A stretch of 64,000 bases of DNA, taken from assembly GCA_013265495.1 (NCBI GenBank), contig MU057416.1, forward strand, positions 1,358,545 through 1,422,544, in the 5' to 3' direction. Below the pieces are notes generated by a model. The model saw only the letters and a list, made by a program, of their open reading frames with translations. It searched no databases and was not told where the DNA came from. This document shows, in pieces, positions 62,416-64,000 of this stretch; within the stretch, counting starts at the first letter, position 1; every line of letters begins with the position of its first letter. This stretch comes from Vicugna vicugna (lineage: Eukaryota). Both the position numbers and the translations under genes were made by a program.

Positions 62416-64000
62416 TCATTTCACAATTCTCACGAGAATGCACTTATGGCCCAGATGGTCCTGCACCCCAGGGGCCCCAGGTCAGATCCAGGACCTCAGT
62501 GCCTGAAAGATGTCTCAAGAGAGCAACCTCTCACCAGCCAGGACCCCTCACGGGACCACCGCTGTAGCCTGCACCCACCCCTCACGCCCTTCTCCTCCCC
62601 TTGCCCTCCCCCACCCTGAATGCTTGTGCAAGCATGCCCCCTCCCTTCCCCATCCATCCCTCCGCAAGCACAGGCGCACACACACACACACATGCACACG
62701 CACGCCGCTGGCCGTCACCTCTTGTGACTCCGAGCCGTTCAGCTCATCCTCCTGGCCCGAAGTCACCCCAGCGTTTCTGGAAGCGAGAAGACACAGCGGA
62801 AGCAGAGAGGCCACGCGTGCCTCTCCTTTCAGGCCCAGGAGGACATTTGCATTTGGGGTTTTTTATTGGGGGTTTCTCAGCTAGCCCGCCGCTTTTGTGG
62901 CCCACGTCTGTCGGGGTGAAATACTCTTTATCCACAAACCTGTGCTGTGAGCTGTTTCCTCCTCTACTTCTTTCCAGTTTTCTGCATTTTCCAAAATGTC
63001 TGTGGTGAAGATGCATTGCTTTCTTTCGTAAACATGAAAAGAAGTTTAAATTTTGTTGAGTATTCCCACACAGGAATGTAAAAGTCATTCACTTTTCTGA
63101 GCGGTGGGACCACGGGTGGCTTCTTTCTCTAGTCTGTATGTGTCCACATTATGTGGTGTTAGAACTGTATCTAGTTTAACTTACATGAAGATATCTGAGA
63201 GACATAAAAGTGGGGGGCAGACCTGTGCTATGTCAAAACGGGTCTGTCCAGACCACCACTGGTTTACTTCCTGCTGTGTAGACCAAGCACCAGGCGTTTT
63301 CCAGAGCTGAGAGCGTTCCAGAGACAGAGAGCGGTTACGGAGCGATCACGGCCCCGAAGCACTAACGGGGGGAGACGGGCGCGGCCGGCGTGCGGTTAGC
63401 ACTTCCCGTGTGGTTTTCCCTTTCCATCTTCTGGTGAAAGACGCTGGATTTACTGCTGAGCCCGTGCGCGGCTCGCCTCCTGAAGAGAGAATTACTTCTT
63501 TCCCAGAACCTGCTTGCACAAGCGGAAATCTCGGCCGCGCTCCGCCCGGCGGGAGGGCCGCTTCAGACTCTGATGTGCTGACCTGGCTCTTCTGAGTTAC
63601 CTGTTCGGAGAACTTGGGGCACACACCTTCCGGTTTGTCCCTTGGCATCCTTGAGTGTGTGGTGCCCCCTCAACGCAGTGGAACTCCCGGGAGGTAGCAG
63701 GGACACCTCGGCGGCCAGCACCGGGTCCTGGCGTGAGAGAAGCCCGTCCCCCCATGGGGATGCAGAGAAAAGCACCCTCTGAGCGTCTTGGGGGCGATGT
63801 CTCCAGTACCTGACGAAGGAACGAGCGGGGGCCACGGGGCTGCAGGGGGAGGGCGGGGAGGTGGGGACGGGCGAGGCCCTGGAAGGCTTGAGGGGCTGGG
63901 AGGTAATTCTGAGTCTGACGAGAAGCCGTTTGCAGGCTTGTTGGAGGGGAATGATGGCCCGTGATTTTCTTTTAATGATCCCTCTAACCTGAGAACGGGT

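Noticed and set aside
12000..64000. Numerous 60-180 aa ORFs in the track
   Set aside because: No recognisable domains; many have non-ATG starts or overlap repeats; expected by chance in GC-rich mammalian intergenic DNA.

Overview
This is mammalian genomic DNA, not microbial. The many tRNA-derived SINEs with an 'aaataaacctaattacctcccc' tail look like the camelid Vic-1 family, so the source is probably a camel or alpaca (inference). There is one supportable protein-coding gene, ZNF281 (minus strand). Its coding region is uninterrupted at 8495-11128 (877 aa, four tandem Kruppel-type fingers), lies partly in a CpG island, and has a ~2.1 kb 3'UTR rich in miRNA seed sites. The remaining ~52 kb upstream is non-coding: ~14 SINE insertions (many with TSDs), L1/L2/MIR/MER remnants, a SUMO2 processed pseudogene (57090-57870), a GC-rich minisatellite spanning a 15-N gap, a (CAC/CAT)n expansion and several repeat-free enhancer-like blocks. 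I found no novel multi-gene system. The most striking signal is an apparent AT->GC substitution bias in the SUMO2 retrocopy, old L1 remnants and the ZNF281 N-terminus, consistent with GC-biased gene conversion. The second is a 70-bp tandem duplication in the ZNF281 3'UTR that multiplies miR-203 sites. Repeat family names and reference comparisons are from memory, and repeat boundaries are approximate.
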